Assembly (NCBI GenBank): GCA_040223615.1
Contig: JAVKFY010000011.1
Span: 125,169-189,168, forward strand
DNA: 64,000 nt
DNA from: Alphaproteobacteria bacterium
GTDB lineage: Bacteria > Pseudomonadota > Alphaproteobacteria > GCA-2731375
Direction of reading: 5' to 3'
In this document: one piece after another, positions 9,098-19,986 of the stretch
How positions within the stretch are numbered: the stretch's first letter is position 1
Layout: each line of letters begins with the position of its first letter
The notes under the pieces: generated by a model
Told to the model about the DNA's origin: nothing
Seen by the model: only the letters and a program-made list of their open reading frames with translations
Databases searched by the model: none
Made by a program: the position numbers and the translations under genes

Positions 9098-9475
9098 ATG
9101 TCCGATGAGGAGTTCGCCGCCGGCATGGCGGTGCGCCGCGCGGTATTGGGCGACGCTCACGTCGACCGTGCCGAGGCCGGCAAGACCGAGCTGGACGCCG
9201 AATTCCAGCGCTTCATTACCGAGAGCGCCTGGGGCGGCGTGTGGACGCGGCCGGGCCTGGAACGCCGCGAACGCTCTATGATCACGCTGGCGATCCTGGC
9301 GACGCTGGGCCATTGGGAAGAGTTCGCCATGCACCTGCGGGCGACACGCAACACCGGCGCCAGCGCCGACGACATCAAGGAAATGCTGTTCCATGTCGCG
9401 GTCTATGCCGGGGTACCGGCTGCCAATCGTGGCTTCGCCCTCGCCAAGGAGCTTCTGGCGGCGGACGCCGGCTAG
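9098..9475 (+). CDS. pcaC: 4-carboxymuconolactone decarboxylase
   Basis: 125 aa; RRAVLGDAHVDRA...AWGGVWTRPGLERRERSMITLAILATLGHWEE matches the PcaC/CMD family core. Confidence 0.85.
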   Translation: MSDEEFAAGMAVRRAVLGDAHVDRAEAGKTELDAEFQRFITESAWGGVWTRPGLERRERSMITLAILATLGHWEEFAMHLRATRNTGASADDIKEMLFHVAVYAGVPAANRGFALAKELLAADAG

Positions 9476-9510
9476 GAAGTTTTTCACCCTGCCCATGTAT
9501 TTGAACGGCC

Positions 9511-12500
9511 ATGACGAAGAACCTGGCGGTTAGCGCGCTGCCCCACGGCGCAATCGACATCGGCGAGGCCCTGCGCCTGCTGGCCGACCGGCTGCGCGAC
9601 CTGGTTTGCTATGTCGACAGCGACGAGATCGTTCGCTACGTCAACCGCACCGGCGCCGACTGGTGGGGCTACGCACCGGACGACGCGATCGGGCGCGACC
9701 TGGACGACCTGCTTGGCGGTTACTACGACGAGCTGCGGCCGCTCTACCGGCGGGCGTTGAACGGTGAAACGATCGAAACCGAGCGCAGCGTCGACCATCC
9801 CGACGGCAGGCACCGCGAGGTGTTCCTGACGATGACGCCGCATCGTGACCACGCGGACGCCGTCATCGGCGTGCTGGTGGTCAGCGAGGACCGCTCCAGC
9901 CTGGCCGGCGCCCGCGCGGAAATGCGCCAACACCAGGCGCTGACGGACGAGGCGCTGGCGCACCTGGCGCAGGGCATGCTGGTCTTCGACGGCGCGCACA
10001 AGCTGCGGCTGTGGAACGAGCAGGCCCACACCTTGCGCGATTATCCTCGTGATTTCCTCCGCGACGGACTTAGCTATCGCGAGGTGCTGCAACACAATCT
10101 CGACGCCGGCCTGTTCGGTGACGTCGATCACCGGCAGTTCCTGGCTCGCGTGACGAGTCCGGAAGCAATGGCGCTGCCCGCGCGGCTCGAATTCTCGCTG
10201 GCCAATGGCAACATCGTCGACATGCAGCGCGCGCCGCTGCCCGGCGGCGGCTTCGTGCTGACCTATACCGACATCACCGAGGCGAAGCGCGTCGAGGCGA
10301 AGCTGCGAGATAGCGAACAGCGGTTCCGGCTGATCGTGCAGCGTCTGCCGGTGCCGGCAACCATCGTGCGGATTGCCGACGGCCAGGTTCTGTTCCGCAA
10401 TCCGGAAGCCGAGCAGCAGCTCGTCGATTTTCGCCGCCAGGGGCTGTTCGCGGCGAACAGCGACATCCAGGACATGTGGACCAGCAATCTGGCGAAATGG
10501 CTGGAACTGCCCGACGACGGCGGCTTTCGGCAGCAGGAGTTCCCGGTTCGGGTCAACGGCCAGCAACTGTGGTTCCTGGCCGCCGGACAGCGGCTTGAGT
10601 ATGACGGCGAGCCCTGCCTGTTCGTCACCTGGATCAACATCACCGAAGCCAAGATCTCGCGCGCGGCATTGGAGCGCTCGGAAGCGAACCTGGCCGAGGC
10701 GCAGCGTATCGCCAGCTTCGGAAGCTGGCAGCACGACCTGACCACCGACCGAGCGGTCTGGTCGGCGCACTATTTCACGCTGCTCGGCCTGCCGGCCGAC
10801 GCGCCGCCCAGCTATCAGACGATTCTGGAACTGGTGCACCCGGCCGACCGCGACGACTACAACGCGTTCTTCACCACGGCGATGCGCGAAGGCGCCGGCG
10901 GCGCGCGCGAGTACCGCATCGTGCATCCCGACGGACGGGTACGCACCCTGCGCACGATCTTCCATATCGATCGCGACGAAAACGGCGCCGCGACCCGCGT
11001 CGCCGGCACGACCCAGGACATCACCGACCTGCGCGAGGCGCAATCGGCCCTTGAGGAAAGCGAGGCGCGGCTGCGGCAGGCCTCGACGCTGGCGTCGCTC
11101 GGCCGATGGGTGTGGGACGCCGTGGCCGATCGCTGCACCTACTGCTCTGAGGAGAATGCAGAGATCCACGGCATGTCGGTCGAGGCTTACATGCGCGACG
11201 CCGCGCAACTGGACCAGGAGTTCATGTTTGTCCACGCCGACGACCGTGAGCGGGTCGAAGGGCACTACGCCAAGCTGCGGCAGGGCGAGCCGTTCGACAT
11301 CCAGTACCGGATCGTCACGCCGGCGGGCGAGGTGCGGCACCTGCATGAACTGGCGATGCCGGTGTTCGACGACGACGGCCGCGTGGTTGAGGAGTATGGC
11401 GTCGCGCAGGACGTCACCCGGCTGCTGGAGACCGAACGTGCCCTGGCGGCCAGCGAGGCGCGCTTCCGCGCCGTGGTGAACCAGTCGCCGATCGCCTTCG
11501 TGCTGACCGACGCCGACGGGCGGGTGCAGCTCGTGAACCGGACCTTCGAAGACTGGTTCTCCGTCGCCGCCAGTGACGCCGTCGGCGCGCCGTGTCGCGA
11601 CCTGGTGCCGCCGGAACTGGCACCCGGCATCGATCAGGTCACGGCCGCCGTGGTTGCCGACGGCAAGCCGCGCGAGATGGAGCTCGAACTGCCAGCCGAG
11701 GGCGCGGCGGCACGCGTTCTGCTGTGCTCGGCCTTCCCGATCCGCGATGGCGACGGGACGATTACCGGCATTGGCCACCTCGCGGTCGACGTGACCGCGC
11801 AACGCCACGCCGAGGAGCGGCTGCGCCACAGCCAGAAGATGGAAGCGGTCGGCCAGATAACCGGCGGCGTCGCGCACGATTTCAACAACCTGCTGACCGC
11901 GGTGATCGGCAACCTGGACTTGCTGGCGCTGAATGTCGCCGCGGACGACGATTCCCGGCGGCTGATCGACACGGCGATCCGCGCGGCGCAGCGCGGCGGC
12001 CGCCTGACACAGCAACTGCTGGCCTTCTCGCGCAAGCAGGTCCTGGACCCGGTGCCGACCGACCTGAACGAAGCGGTCAACGAGGTGCTGCCGCTGGCAC
12101 GCACCAGCACGCGCGGACCGATTCACATCGCGACGCAGCTGACGACGGCGGTGAAGCCGGTCGCGGTCGACCGCGGCCAGCTGGAGAACGCGCTGCTGAA
12201 CCTGGTGATCAACGCCCGCGACGCGCTGCCCGACGGCGGCGAGATCACGATCAGCACCGCGAACCAGGCACCCGGCGCCGACCTGGTCGGCCCCCGCGAG
12301 GAAATAGCGCCGGGCGAATACGTGATGATCGCCGTGGCCGACAACGGTGCCGGCATGTCCGCGCGCACCCGCGCCCAGGCAGTCGAGCCGTTCTTCACCA
12401 CCAAGCCGGTCGGCCAGGGCAGCGGCCTCGGCCTGTCGATGGTGTTCGGCTTCGTGAAGCAGTCCGGCGGCCACCTGGCGATCACCAGCACACCCGGCAA

Positions 12501-12954
12501 GGGCACCACCGTGCGGCTGTTTCTGCCGATCAGCGAGGCAACGTCGGCGGTGCGCGTCCGCGATGAAGCCGGCGACAGTTTCGGGCAGGCGCGCGGCGAA
12601 GAGCGCATTCTGGTGGTCGAGGACGATGCCGACGTGCGCCGCTTCGCCGCCTCGGTGCTGCAGCGGCTCGGCTACGACGTGCTGCAGGCGGAAGATGGCG
12701 AAGCCGCGATGGCGCTGATTGCGGCCCGCGACAGCATCGATCTGCTGCTCACCGACGTGGTGCTGCCCGGTACGGCCGGCGGCACCGACGTCGCCGATGC
12801 TTTCCAGGCGCGCTTCCCGCACGGCCGTGTCCTGTTCACCTCGGGCCACGTCGGCGACGGCAAGGCACCGGACGGGCCGATCCTGGAAAAGCCCTACCGC
12901 ATCGACACCTTGGCGCAGCGCATCCGCGAGGCGCTGGACGCGGCGCGCTCCTAG
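9511..12954 (+). CDS. cytoplasmic multi-PAS hybrid sensor histidine kinase / response regulator
   Basis: No TM segments, several PAS/PAC blocks, HisKA H-box ([12 protein letters not shown]), HATPase G-boxes, C-terminal receiver ([12 protein letters not shown]...[11 protein letters not shown]). Confidence 0.9.
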   Translation: MTKNLAVSALPHGAIDIGEALRLLADRLRDLVCYVDSDEIVRYVNRTGADWWGYAPDDAIGRDLDDLLGGYYDELRPLYRRALNGETIETERSVDHPDGRHREVFLTMTPHRDHADAVIGVLVVSEDRSSLAGARAEMRQHQALTDEALAHLAQGMLVFDGAHKLRLWNEQAHTLRDYPRDFLRDGLSYREVLQHNLDAGLFGDVDHRQFLARVTSPEAMALPARLEFSLANGNIVDMQRAPLPGGGFVLTYTDITEAKRVEAKLRDSEQRFRLIVQRLPVPATIVRIADGQVLFRNPEAEQQLVDFRRQGLFAANSDIQDMWTSNLAKWLELPDDGGFRQQEFPVRVNGQQLWFLAAGQRLEYDGEPCLFVTWINITEAKISRAALERSEANLAEAQRIASFGSWQHDLTTDRAVWSAHYFTLLGLPADAPPSYQTILELVHPADRDDYNAFFTTAMREGAGGAREYRIVHPDGRVRTLRTIFHIDRDENGAATRVAGTTQDITDLREAQSALEESEARLRQASTLASLGRWVWDAVADRCTYCSEENAEIHGMSVEAYMRDAAQLDQEFMFVHADDRERVEGHYAKLRQGEPFDIQYRIVTPAGEVRHLHELAMPVFDDDGRVVEEYGVAQDVTRLLETERALAASEARFRAVVNQSPIAFVLTDADGRVQLVNRTFEDWFSVAASDAVGAPCRDLVPPELAPGIDQVTAAVVADGKPREMELELPAEGAAARVLLCSAFPIRDGDGTITGIGHLAVDVTAQRHAEERLRHSQKMEAVGQITGGVAHDFNNLLTAVIGNLDLLALNVAADDDSRRLIDTAIRAAQRGGRLTQQLLAFSRKQVLDPVPTDLNEAVNEVLPLARTSTRGPIHIATQLTTAVKPVAVDRGQLENALLNLVINARDALPDGGEITISTANQAPGADLVGPREEIAPGEYVMIAVADNGAGMSARTRAQAVEPFFTTKPVGQGSGLGLSMVFGFVKQSGGHLAITSTPGKGTTVRLFLPISEATSAVRVRDEAGDSFGQARGEERILVVEDDADVRRFAASVLQRLGYDVLQAEDGEAAMALIAARDSIDLLLTDVVLPGTAGGTDVADAFQARFPHGRVLFTSGHVGDGKAPDGPILEKPYRIDTLAQRIREALDAARS

Positions 12955-14651
12955 CCGGCGACGGCGACCCTGACGTCGAGCAGGGCCTGGCGCTTCTCCT
13001 CGCGGATCACCCGCTTGGCCTCGGCCAGCGCGCCCGGCAGGTCGGCGGCGTGCTCGACCTGGCGCGCCCAGCCGCGGCTGGCCTCGCAGATCGCGGTGTA
13101 GTTCGGCGCCGGCATCAGGCCGGTGATCGGCATGACGTTGGCCTTGGCGGCATCGCCGTCGGGATACATCGCCAGCGTGGCCCGGCGCACCGCGTTCCAG
13201 ATACCGTTGTTGAACACGATGGTCAGCACCGGCAGGCCCATCTGTTCCGCGACCTGATGACAGGCGACGGGATTGGCGAACATGTAGGAGCCATCGCCGA
13301 TTCCGGCGATCACCAGCCGGTTGCGGTCGGCGAGCTGCGCGCCCAACGCCGCCGGCAGGCCCCAGCCGAGCCCGGCCGACAGCGGCGGGCTGAAGAACCG
13401 GTTCGCTCCCTTCGGGCGCACCGAGCCGGCGTCGAGGCCGAGCTCGCCGAAGGCAATCGAGTCGTCGTCCATGATCTCCGCGACGCAGTGGCCGACATAG
13501 GCCGGCGCCATCGGGCTGCCGGCACCGCCCTGGGCGGCGGCTTCGGCCGCCGCCTTGCGACGCTCGCGATTGGCCTCTGCCAGACGGGCGCGGCGCTGCT
13601 CCGCCTTGGCGTCCGGCGCCGGCATGGCCTCGGCCAGCGCCGCCACGGTCGCGGTCGGATCGCCGGTCACGGCCAGGTCGGCGGGGAAGCCGCGCACCGG
13701 CACGCGCGCGAACAGCGGATCGGCGCCAAGCTGGATCACGCGGGCCTGGTCGCGCGGCCACTGCTTCTCGCCGAACCAGGGCACCATCGAGTCGACGACA
13801 ACGATGACGTCGGCGTCCCCGGTCCACGGGCCGGGGTCGTAGCCGGACTGCATCGGATGATCGGCGGCCAGCACGTTGCGCAGCGGCCAGCTTTCCACCA
13901 CCGGGATGCCGTGGCGCTCGGCGAACTCGCCCAGCACCGGGCTTAGCGTGCCTTCCGGGTCGCCGCGCTGGCAGAAGACCACCGGGTGCTCGGCCGCCGC
14001 CAGCCACTCGGCGGCCTGGCGCAAGGTCGCGGGGTCGGGCGCGGAAGCGGCGTTGGCCTGCTGCGCGCGGTCGCTCAGCGGCCGGTCATCCGGCCACGGC
14101 TCCGACAGCGGCTCGCGCGGCAGGCCGAGATAGACCGGACCGCGCGGCGCGCTCATGGCAATGGCCAGCGCCCGATCGGCCAGCGCCTCGACCTGGTCGC
14201 CATATCGCAGTTCGTAGTCCCACTTCACGGTCTCGCGCAGCATGCCGCCCTGGTCGCGCATCTCCTGGCCCCAGTGGATCGGTCGCGAGCGGGCGCCGAA
14301 GCGACCGCGCTCGCCGATCGGGGTGCGACCGGCCATCATCATGATCGGCACGTTGTCGGAGGCGGCGTTGATCAGCGGCATCAGCGCGTTGGCCAGGCCG
14401 ACATTGACGTGCACCATCGCCGCCTGCGGCCGACCGGTGGCGAGGTAGTAGCCATGCGCCATGCCGATGGCCGCGGTCTCGTGCACAACTGTCACCGCCT
14501 GCGGCAGGTCGAGGCCTTCCTTGGCGCCGCGCGCCAGCGCCTCGACGATGGCCGGGAAGTCGGTGCCGGCATTGGCGAAGAAATAGTCGACGCCGCGCGA
14601 CTTCAGGGTCAGCAGCAGCGCCTCGGCGGCGGTCTTCGGTGTCGTGGTCAC
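12951..14651 (-). CDS. thiamine-pyrophosphate-dependent enzyme (acetolactate synthase / benzoylformate decarboxylase family)
   Basis: GTG start after AAAGGGAGA RBS (MTTTPKTAAEALLLTLKSRGVDYFFANAGTDF...); TPP-binding GDGSYMF...NNGIWN motif; upstream 134 aa of track ORF is artefact. Confidence 0.85.
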   Translation of the reverse strand: MTTTPKTAAEALLLTLKSRGVDYFFANAGTDFPAIVEALARGAKEGLDLPQAVTVVHETAAIGMAHGYYLATGRPQAAMVHVNVGLANALMPLINAASDNVPIMMMAGRTPIGERGRFGARSRPIHWGQEMRDQGGMLRETVKWDYELRYGDQVEALADRALAIAMSAPRGPVYLGLPREPLSEPWPDDRPLSDRAQQANAASAPDPATLRQAAEWLAAAEHPVVFCQRGDPEGTLSPVLGEFAERHGIPVVESWPLRNVLAADHPMQSGYDPGPWTGDADVIVVVDSMVPWFGEKQWPRDQARVIQLGADPLFARVPVRGFPADLAVTGDPTATVAALAEAMPAPDAKAEQRRARLAEANRERRKAAAEAAAQGGAGSPMAPAYVGHCVAEIMDDDSIAFGELGLDAGSVRPKGANRFFSPPLSAGLGWGLPAALGAQLADRNRLVIAGIGDGSYMFANPVACHQVAEQMGLPVLTIVFNNGIWNAVRRATLAMYPDGDAAKANVMPITGLMPAPNYTAICEASRGWARQVEHAADLPGALAEAKRVIREEKRQALLDVRVAVAG

Positions 14652-14727
14652 GGTTCGCGGTCTCCCTTTGGTCAGATCGTAACGCGAATCCTGGCCGGCG
14701 CGCTGCGAATCAGGCAGGGTCGGCCGG

Positions 14728-16545
14728 ATGCTCGACCTCGTTCCCGACCTTTCCGCCGAGAAGCGCCGCGTGCTGCGCCAGGTGTTCGGCTTCGACGACT
14801 TCCGGCCCGGCCAGGAACCGGTGATCGACGCGCTGCTGGACGGCCGGGACACGCTGGCAGTGATGCCGACCGGCGCCGGCAAATCGCTGTGCTTCCAGGT
14901 GCCGGCGCTGACGCTGGGCGGGCTGACCATCGTGGTCTCGCCGCTGGTGGCGTTGATGCAGGACCAGGTCGCGGCCCTGCGGCTTGCTGGCGTGGCGGCG
15001 GAGACGATCAATTCCGGGCGCGACCGTGGCGATAACGTCGCGAGCTGGCGCAAGGTCGCCGCCGGAGAGACCCGCCTGCTCTACCTGTCGCCGGAACGGC
15101 TGATGACCGAGCAGATGCTGCGGGCGCTCGCGAAACTGCCGGTGAAACTGATCGCGGTCGACGAGGCGCACTGTATCTCGCAATGGGGACCGGCCTTCCG
15201 TCCGGAATATGAGATGCTGTCGAGCCTGCGGCAGCACTTCGCGGGCGTGCCGATCTCGGCCTTCACCGCGACCGCCGACGCGGTCACCCGCGATGACATC
15301 GTCGCCAAGCTGTTCGGCGCGAACCCGGCGGTGTTCGTCACCGGCTTCGACCGCCCGAACATCCGCCTCGCCGTGCAACCACGCCAGAAGAGCGACCGCC
15401 AGGTGCTCGCCTTCCTGGACCAGCATCGTGGCGCCAGCGGGATCGTTTATTGCCTGTCGCGCAAGAAGACCGACGAAACCGCACAACTGCTGGTGCGCGA
15501 GGGGTTCCGCGCCCTGCCCTACCACGCCGGCATGGACGCGGCCGCGCGCAACGCCAACCAGGACCTGTTCCTGACCGAGGCGGGCGTGATCATGGTGGCG
15601 ACGATCGCGTTCGGCATGGGCATCGACAAGCCGGACGTACGTTTCGTGCTGCACACCGACATCCCGGCGACGCTGGACGCCTACTACCAGGAGATCGGCC
15701 GCGCCGGGCGCGACGGCGAGGCGGCTGAGGCGGTGATGCTTTACGGCGCCGGCGACATCGCCATGCGGCGGCGCTTCATCGAGCAGGAGGAGACCGACGA
15801 GGCGCACAAGCGGCGCCAGCACAAGCGCCTCGACGCGCTGATCGGCTATGCCGAGGTCGCGGGCTGCCGCCGGCGCGTGCTGCTGAGCTATTTCGGCGAG
15901 GACCAGGCCGAGGACTGCGGCAACTGCGACAACTGCATCACCCCGGCGGTGCTGGAGGACGGCACCGAGATCGCCCGGCTGGTCGCCGAGACCGCGCGGC
16001 TGACCGGACAGCGCTTCGGCGCCGTGCACCTGATCGACATCCTGCGCGGCGGCCAGACCGAGAAGGTGATCGAACGCAACCACGACGAGCTGGCGACCTA
16101 TGGCGCCGCGGCCGACTGGCGCAAGCCGGCGCTGCGCAGCGTGATCCGCCAGATGGTCGCCGGCGAATTGCTGCGGCTCGACATCCAGGGCCACGGCGGC
16201 CTGTCGCTCACGCGCGCCGGCGAGGCGCTGTTGAACGGCGAGCGCGAATTCCGGTATCGCCCCGACGCCAGCGTGCCGAAGCGCGAGAAGACCGCCGCCG
16301 CGCCGCTGGCGGAGCTGGACGAAGCCGACCAGGGCCTGCTGGACCGCCTGAAGCGCCTGCGGCTGAAGCTGGCGCGCGAGCGCGGTGTGCCGGCCTATGT
16401 GGTGTTCCCGGACAAGACGCTGCACGACATGGCGGCGAAACGCCCGCGCGACCTCGTCGCGTTCGCCGAGGTCAACGGCGTCGGCGCCCGCAAGCAGGCC
16501 GAGTTCGGCGAGCTGTTCCTGGCCGAGATCGCGGCGGCGGGGTAG
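14728..16545 (+). CDS. recQ: ATP-dependent DNA helicase RecQ
   Basis: 605 aa; FRPGQEPVIDALLDGRD, MPTGAGKSLCFQ, DEAH box, zinc-binding and C-terminal HRDC region. Confidence 0.93.
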   Translation: MLDLVPDLSAEKRRVLRQVFGFDDFRPGQEPVIDALLDGRDTLAVMPTGAGKSLCFQVPALTLGGLTIVVSPLVALMQDQVAALRLAGVAAETINSGRDRGDNVASWRKVAAGETRLLYLSPERLMTEQMLRALAKLPVKLIAVDEAHCISQWGPAFRPEYEMLSSLRQHFAGVPISAFTATADAVTRDDIVAKLFGANPAVFVTGFDRPNIRLAVQPRQKSDRQVLAFLDQHRGASGIVYCLSRKKTDETAQLLVREGFRALPYHAGMDAAARNANQDLFLTEAGVIMVATIAFGMGIDKPDVRFVLHTDIPATLDAYYQEIGRAGRDGEAAEAVMLYGAGDIAMRRRFIEQEETDEAHKRRQHKRLDALIGYAEVAGCRRRVLLSYFGEDQAEDCGNCDNCITPAVLEDGTEIARLVAETARLTGQRFGAVHLIDILRGGQTEKVIERNHDELATYGAAADWRKPALRSVIRQMVAGELLRLDIQGHGGLSLTRAGEALLNGEREFRYRPDASVPKREKTAAAPLAELDEADQGLLDRLKRLRLKLARERGVPAYVVFPDKTLHDMAAKRPRDLVAFAEVNGVGARKQAEFGELFLAEIAAAG

Positions 16546-16549
16546 CGCC

Positions 16550-17524
16550 CTACCCCAACACTTCCGTGTTGATCACATTGGCCGGGTCGAGCTTGCCGTC
16601 GAAGCAGTCGAGGCAGTTCTGCGCCGCCGTGGCGCCCATGCGGTACATCGACTCCTGGGTCACGCCGGCCGAGTGCGGGCTGACCAGGATGTTGTCGTAC
16701 TTGAACAGCGGCTCGTCCGGCGTCGCGGGCTCGACCACAAAGGGATCGATGCCGGCGCCGGCGATGGTCTTCTTCTCCAGCGCGTCGCACAGCGCTGCCT
16801 CGTCGACGATGCCGCCGCGCGCGGTGTTGACCACGAAGGCAGTGGCCTTCATCGCCGCCAGCTCCTTGGCGCCGACCATGCCGTCGGTCTCCTCGTTCTT
16901 CGGGCAGTTCACCGACAGGAAGTCGATGTCGCCCAGCACCGCGCGCCAGTCTTCCACCGGCGTCGCCCCGGCGGTGACGATGGCGTCCTGCACCACGTAG
17001 GGGTCGTGCACCAGCACGTTCATCTCCATCGCCACGCAGCGCGGCACCAGGCGGCGGCCGATGCGCCCGAAGCCCAGGATCAGCACGGTACGGCCGGCCA
17101 GGTCGTAGGCCGGCGGATCGAAGCGCACCAGCCAGTTGCCCTTGCGCGTCTCGCGGTCGTACAGCACCGCGCGCTTGGCCAGCGCCAGCATGAAGAACAG
17201 CGCGTGCTCGGCCACCGTCACCGAGTTGGCGATGCCGACCACCGCCAGCGGGATGTTGTGATCGGTGAGCGCCGGCACGTCGACGGCGTCGTAGCCGACA
17301 CCGTGGCGCGCGACGATCTTCAGCTTCGTGCCGGCCTCGATGATGCGCCGCGTGAACGGCGCCACGCCGAGGATGGCGCCGTCATAATCGGCGATGCGCT
17401 GCAGCACGTTGTTCTCCGACGGGTCGGTGATGTGGTCCCACTCGACGTCGTCGCGGCCGTCCAGCACGCCCTTCAGGCCGGCGCCCACGCCCGGCATCAA
17501 CACCATGATCCGCTTCTTGCTCAC
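16550..17524 (-). CDS. D-isomer-specific 2-hydroxyacid dehydrogenase (NAD-binding)
   Basis: 324 aa; GxGxIGxxxA Rossmann (ILGFGRIGRRL) and catalytic R/E/H arrangement. Confidence 0.85.
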   Translation of the reverse strand: MSKKRIMVLMPGVGAGLKGVLDGRDDVEWDHITDPSENNVLQRIADYDGAILGVAPFTRRIIEAGTKLKIVARHGVGYDAVDVPALTDHNIPLAVVGIANSVTVAEHALFFMLALAKRAVLYDRETRKGNWLVRFDPPAYDLAGRTVLILGFGRIGRRLVPRCVAMEMNVLVHDPYVVQDAIVTAGATPVEDWRAVLGDIDFLSVNCPKNEETDGMVGAKELAAMKATAFVVNTARGGIVDEAALCDALEKKTIAGAGIDPFVVEPATPDEPLFKYDNILVSPHSAGVTQESMYRMGATAAQNCLDCFDGKLDPANVINTEVLG

Positions 17525-18366
17525 TTGCTTCCTCCCAGGCCGGCCAGCAGCCCCTTAATGTACCCGGCGCTGACCGCCGCCGTCGTCGGCCCGTCGGGCC
17601 GGTAGATGAATGGCTCCAGCGCCATCCAGCCGTCGTATCTATAGCGCTTCAGCGCCCTCAGGATCGACGCGAAATCGTCGGCGCCCTGGCCCGGACCGCG
17701 CCGGTTGCCGTCGTTGAGTTGGATGTGCGCCATGTGGCCGGAGCGCCAGTAGCGCGCGATCAGGTCGGCGACCGGCGGTTCGGTCGGCGTATTGGCCACG
17801 GCAGCGCAGTCGATCATGGTGCGCAGGCCGGGGCTGTCGACCTGGTCGACGATCGCGGCCGCCTCGGCCAGCGAGGTGACGAAGTTGGCCATCGGCGGCG
17901 CCAGCGGTTCGATGCAGTAGGTCACGCCGCAGCGCGCCGCGGTCTCGGCGACGCCGGCCAGCGCCTCGATGCCGCGCCGGCGCGCGGCCGCCTCGCCCTT
18001 GCCCCTGGGCAGTCGGCGCTGCGCCGGCGAACCATGCACCAACACGTCGCCGCCGAGTTCGGCGCAGAGCTCGGCCAGGCCGTGCATCACCTCCAGCGTC
18101 CGCGCGCGCTGCGTCTTGTCGGCGGCGGTGATCGACAGGCCCTTGGGCGCCAGCAGCAGCCAGTGCAGCCCGGACACCGCGACACCGGCATCGGCGGCGG
18201 TCTTGCGCAACGTCTTGATGCGGCGCGACGACAGCCGGTGCGGTGCCTCCGGCTCGACCGTGTAAGGCGCCAGTTCCAGGCCCTCGTAGCCGAGTTCGGC
18301 GGCGACGTCGCATTGCCGGCGCCACGACCACGGCGCCAGCACCTCGTTGCACAAGGACAGCCTCAT
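17521..18366 (-). CDS. sugar phosphate isomerase/epimerase (xylose-isomerase-like TIM barrel)
   Basis: 281 aa; start overlaps downstream dehydrogenase (ATGA); TIM-barrel isomerase-like sequence (ELGYEGLELAP...). Confidence 0.7.
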   Translation of the reverse strand: MRLSLCNEVLAPWSWRRQCDVAAELGYEGLELAPYTVEPEAPHRLSSRRIKTLRKTAADAGVAVSGLHWLLLAPKGLSITAADKTQRARTLEVMHGLAELCAELGGDVLVHGSPAQRRLPRGKGEAAARRRGIEALAGVAETAARCGVTYCIEPLAPPMANFVTSLAEAAAIVDQVDSPGLRTMIDCAAVANTPTEPPVADLIARYWRSGHMAHIQLNDGNRRGPGQGADDFASILRALKRYRYDGWMALEPFIYRPDGPTTAAVSAGYIKGLLAGLGGSK

Positions 18367-18446
18367 CGGCCGGCACATTCATGTTCAGGCATAGAAAGGT
18401 CCACGCTTGCGGGCGTGCGCCGAAGCCCTCTAACATCAGCAGAAGT

Positions 18447-18468
18447 AACCAACTGGTTATTTCTGGTT
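18447..18468. promoter_or_regulatory. near-palindromic candidate operator AACCAACTGGTT(N5)TGGTT in divergent promoter region
   Basis: Seen in sequence between divergent isomerase and PHP-like genes. Confidence 0.25.
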
Positions 18469-18484
18469 CCGCGGCGGAGGGCCG

Positions 18485-19972
18485 ATGGCGCGCGATCACC
18501 GCATTCTGTTCGGCGACATCCACAATCACAACGCCTACGGCTATGGCGTCGGCTCGATGGAGCGATCCATCGACATCGCGCGCACGCATCTCGACTTCTT
18601 CGCCTTCACCGGCCACGCCAGCTGGCACGACATGGTGCCGATGGAGGGCGGGCGCGAGAACCACTGGATCAAGGGCTTTGCCAAGCTGGCCGAGGGCTGG
18701 CCGATGGTGCAGTCGCTGATTGCCGACGCCAACCGGGCCGACGAGTTTTCCGCCTTCCTGGGCTACGAGTGGCATTCCAGCCAGTTCGGCGACCAGTGCG
18801 TGGTGTTTCCGGAGGACAACCGGCCGCTGGTGCTGCCCGACCACGTCGACGAGCTGCGCCGGTTCTGCGTCGGCGAAGGCGCGCTGATGATCCCGCATCA
18901 CCTGGCCTATCCGACCGGCCGGCGCGGCGTGAACTGGGAAGTGTTCGACCCGGCCTGCACGCCGGTGGTCGAGATCATGTCGGAACATGGCAATTCCGAG
19001 CACGACCGCGGCCCGAACGACTACATCACCCATTCGATGGGCGGCCGGGTCACCGCGAACACCGCCCGGCACGCGCTGGACCGCGGCCTGCGCTTCGGCT
19101 TCGTCGGCTCGACCGACAGCCACTCCGGTTTTCCCGGCGCCTATGGCGAGGGGCTGATGGCCGCGGTGGCGCCGGACAACTCGCGCCGCGCCATCATCGA
19201 GGCGATCAACGCCCGGCGCACCTACGCGTTGACCGGCGACCGGATCGAGGTCGACTTCACCGTCGACGGCGAGATGCTGGGCGGCATCCTGCCCGCGCGC
19301 GACGCCGTCGAGGCGGCCTGGGACGTGCGCGGCCGCGACGAGCTCGACGTGGTCGAGGTGATCTGCAACGGCCACGTCGTGCACCGCGACTTCCCCGGCT
19401 TCCCGGCCGCCGACGCCCTGTTCGGCGAGGGCGTGCAGCTGCGCCTGGAATGGGGCTGGGGACCGTGGGGCGATCTGGCGCTGGAACGCACCTGCGACTG
19501 GCGCTTCGACATCGCGGTCAAGGGCGGCCGGCTGCACCGCGCCTTCCCGTGCCTGCAATCCGGGCCGTTCGACGAGGCGCGCCGGCACCGGGTGACGCCG
19601 ACCGGCGCGAACGCGCTGGCCGTCACCTCCTACACCTCGCGGCGCGGCGCCTACCGGCAGAACCCGAACCAGTCGCTGGTGCTGGAGCTGGACGGGGACG
19701 CCGCGACCGAGGTCGAGGTGAAGCTGAGCCAGCCGGTCGGGCAGACCTGCACGACAACTCTCGGCGAACTGGCGCGGGGCTCGAAGATCGAGTTCACTGG
19801 GCCGTTCCCGAAGGAGGCCTACCAGTTCCACCGCCTGGTGCCGCGTCGCGCCAGCGCGGTTGCCGGCCGCGCCGCCATCGATGTGCCGGGCGGGCGCGGC
19901 TACGTCTACCTGCGCGTCAAACAACAGAACGGACACCTGGCATGGATCAGCCCGGTGTTCATCGGAACCTAG
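18485..19972 (+). CDS. PHP-like metal-dependent hydrolase of unknown function (DUF3604-like)
   Basis: 495 aa; N-terminal ILFGDIHNHNAYGYGVG (DxHxH metal site) and further His/Asp clusters; first gene of operon with tctCBA. Confidence 0.5.
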   Translation: MARDHRILFGDIHNHNAYGYGVGSMERSIDIARTHLDFFAFTGHASWHDMVPMEGGRENHWIKGFAKLAEGWPMVQSLIADANRADEFSAFLGYEWHSSQFGDQCVVFPEDNRPLVLPDHVDELRRFCVGEGALMIPHHLAYPTGRRGVNWEVFDPACTPVVEIMSEHGNSEHDRGPNDYITHSMGGRVTANTARHALDRGLRFGFVGSTDSHSGFPGAYGEGLMAAVAPDNSRRAIIEAINARRTYALTGDRIEVDFTVDGEMLGGILPARDAVEAAWDVRGRDELDVVEVICNGHVVHRDFPGFPAADALFGEGVQLRLEWGWGPWGDLALERTCDWRFDIAVKGGRLHRAFPCLQSGPFDEARRHRVTPTGANALAVTSYTSRRGAYRQNPNQSLVLELDGDAATEVEVKLSQPVGQTCTTTLGELARGSKIEFTGPFPKEAYQFHRLVPRRASAVAGRAAIDVPGGRGYVYLRVKQQNGHLAWISPVFIGT

Positions 19973-19986
19973 AAAGGGAGGCAGAC

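Noticed and set aside
9484-14007. 1507-aa minus-strand ORF spanning the hybrid kinase and TPP-enzyme region
   Set aside because: Antisense or out-of-frame to well-supported genes. Extreme R/G/A/P low-complexity composition typical of spurious long ORFs in 68% GC DNA.
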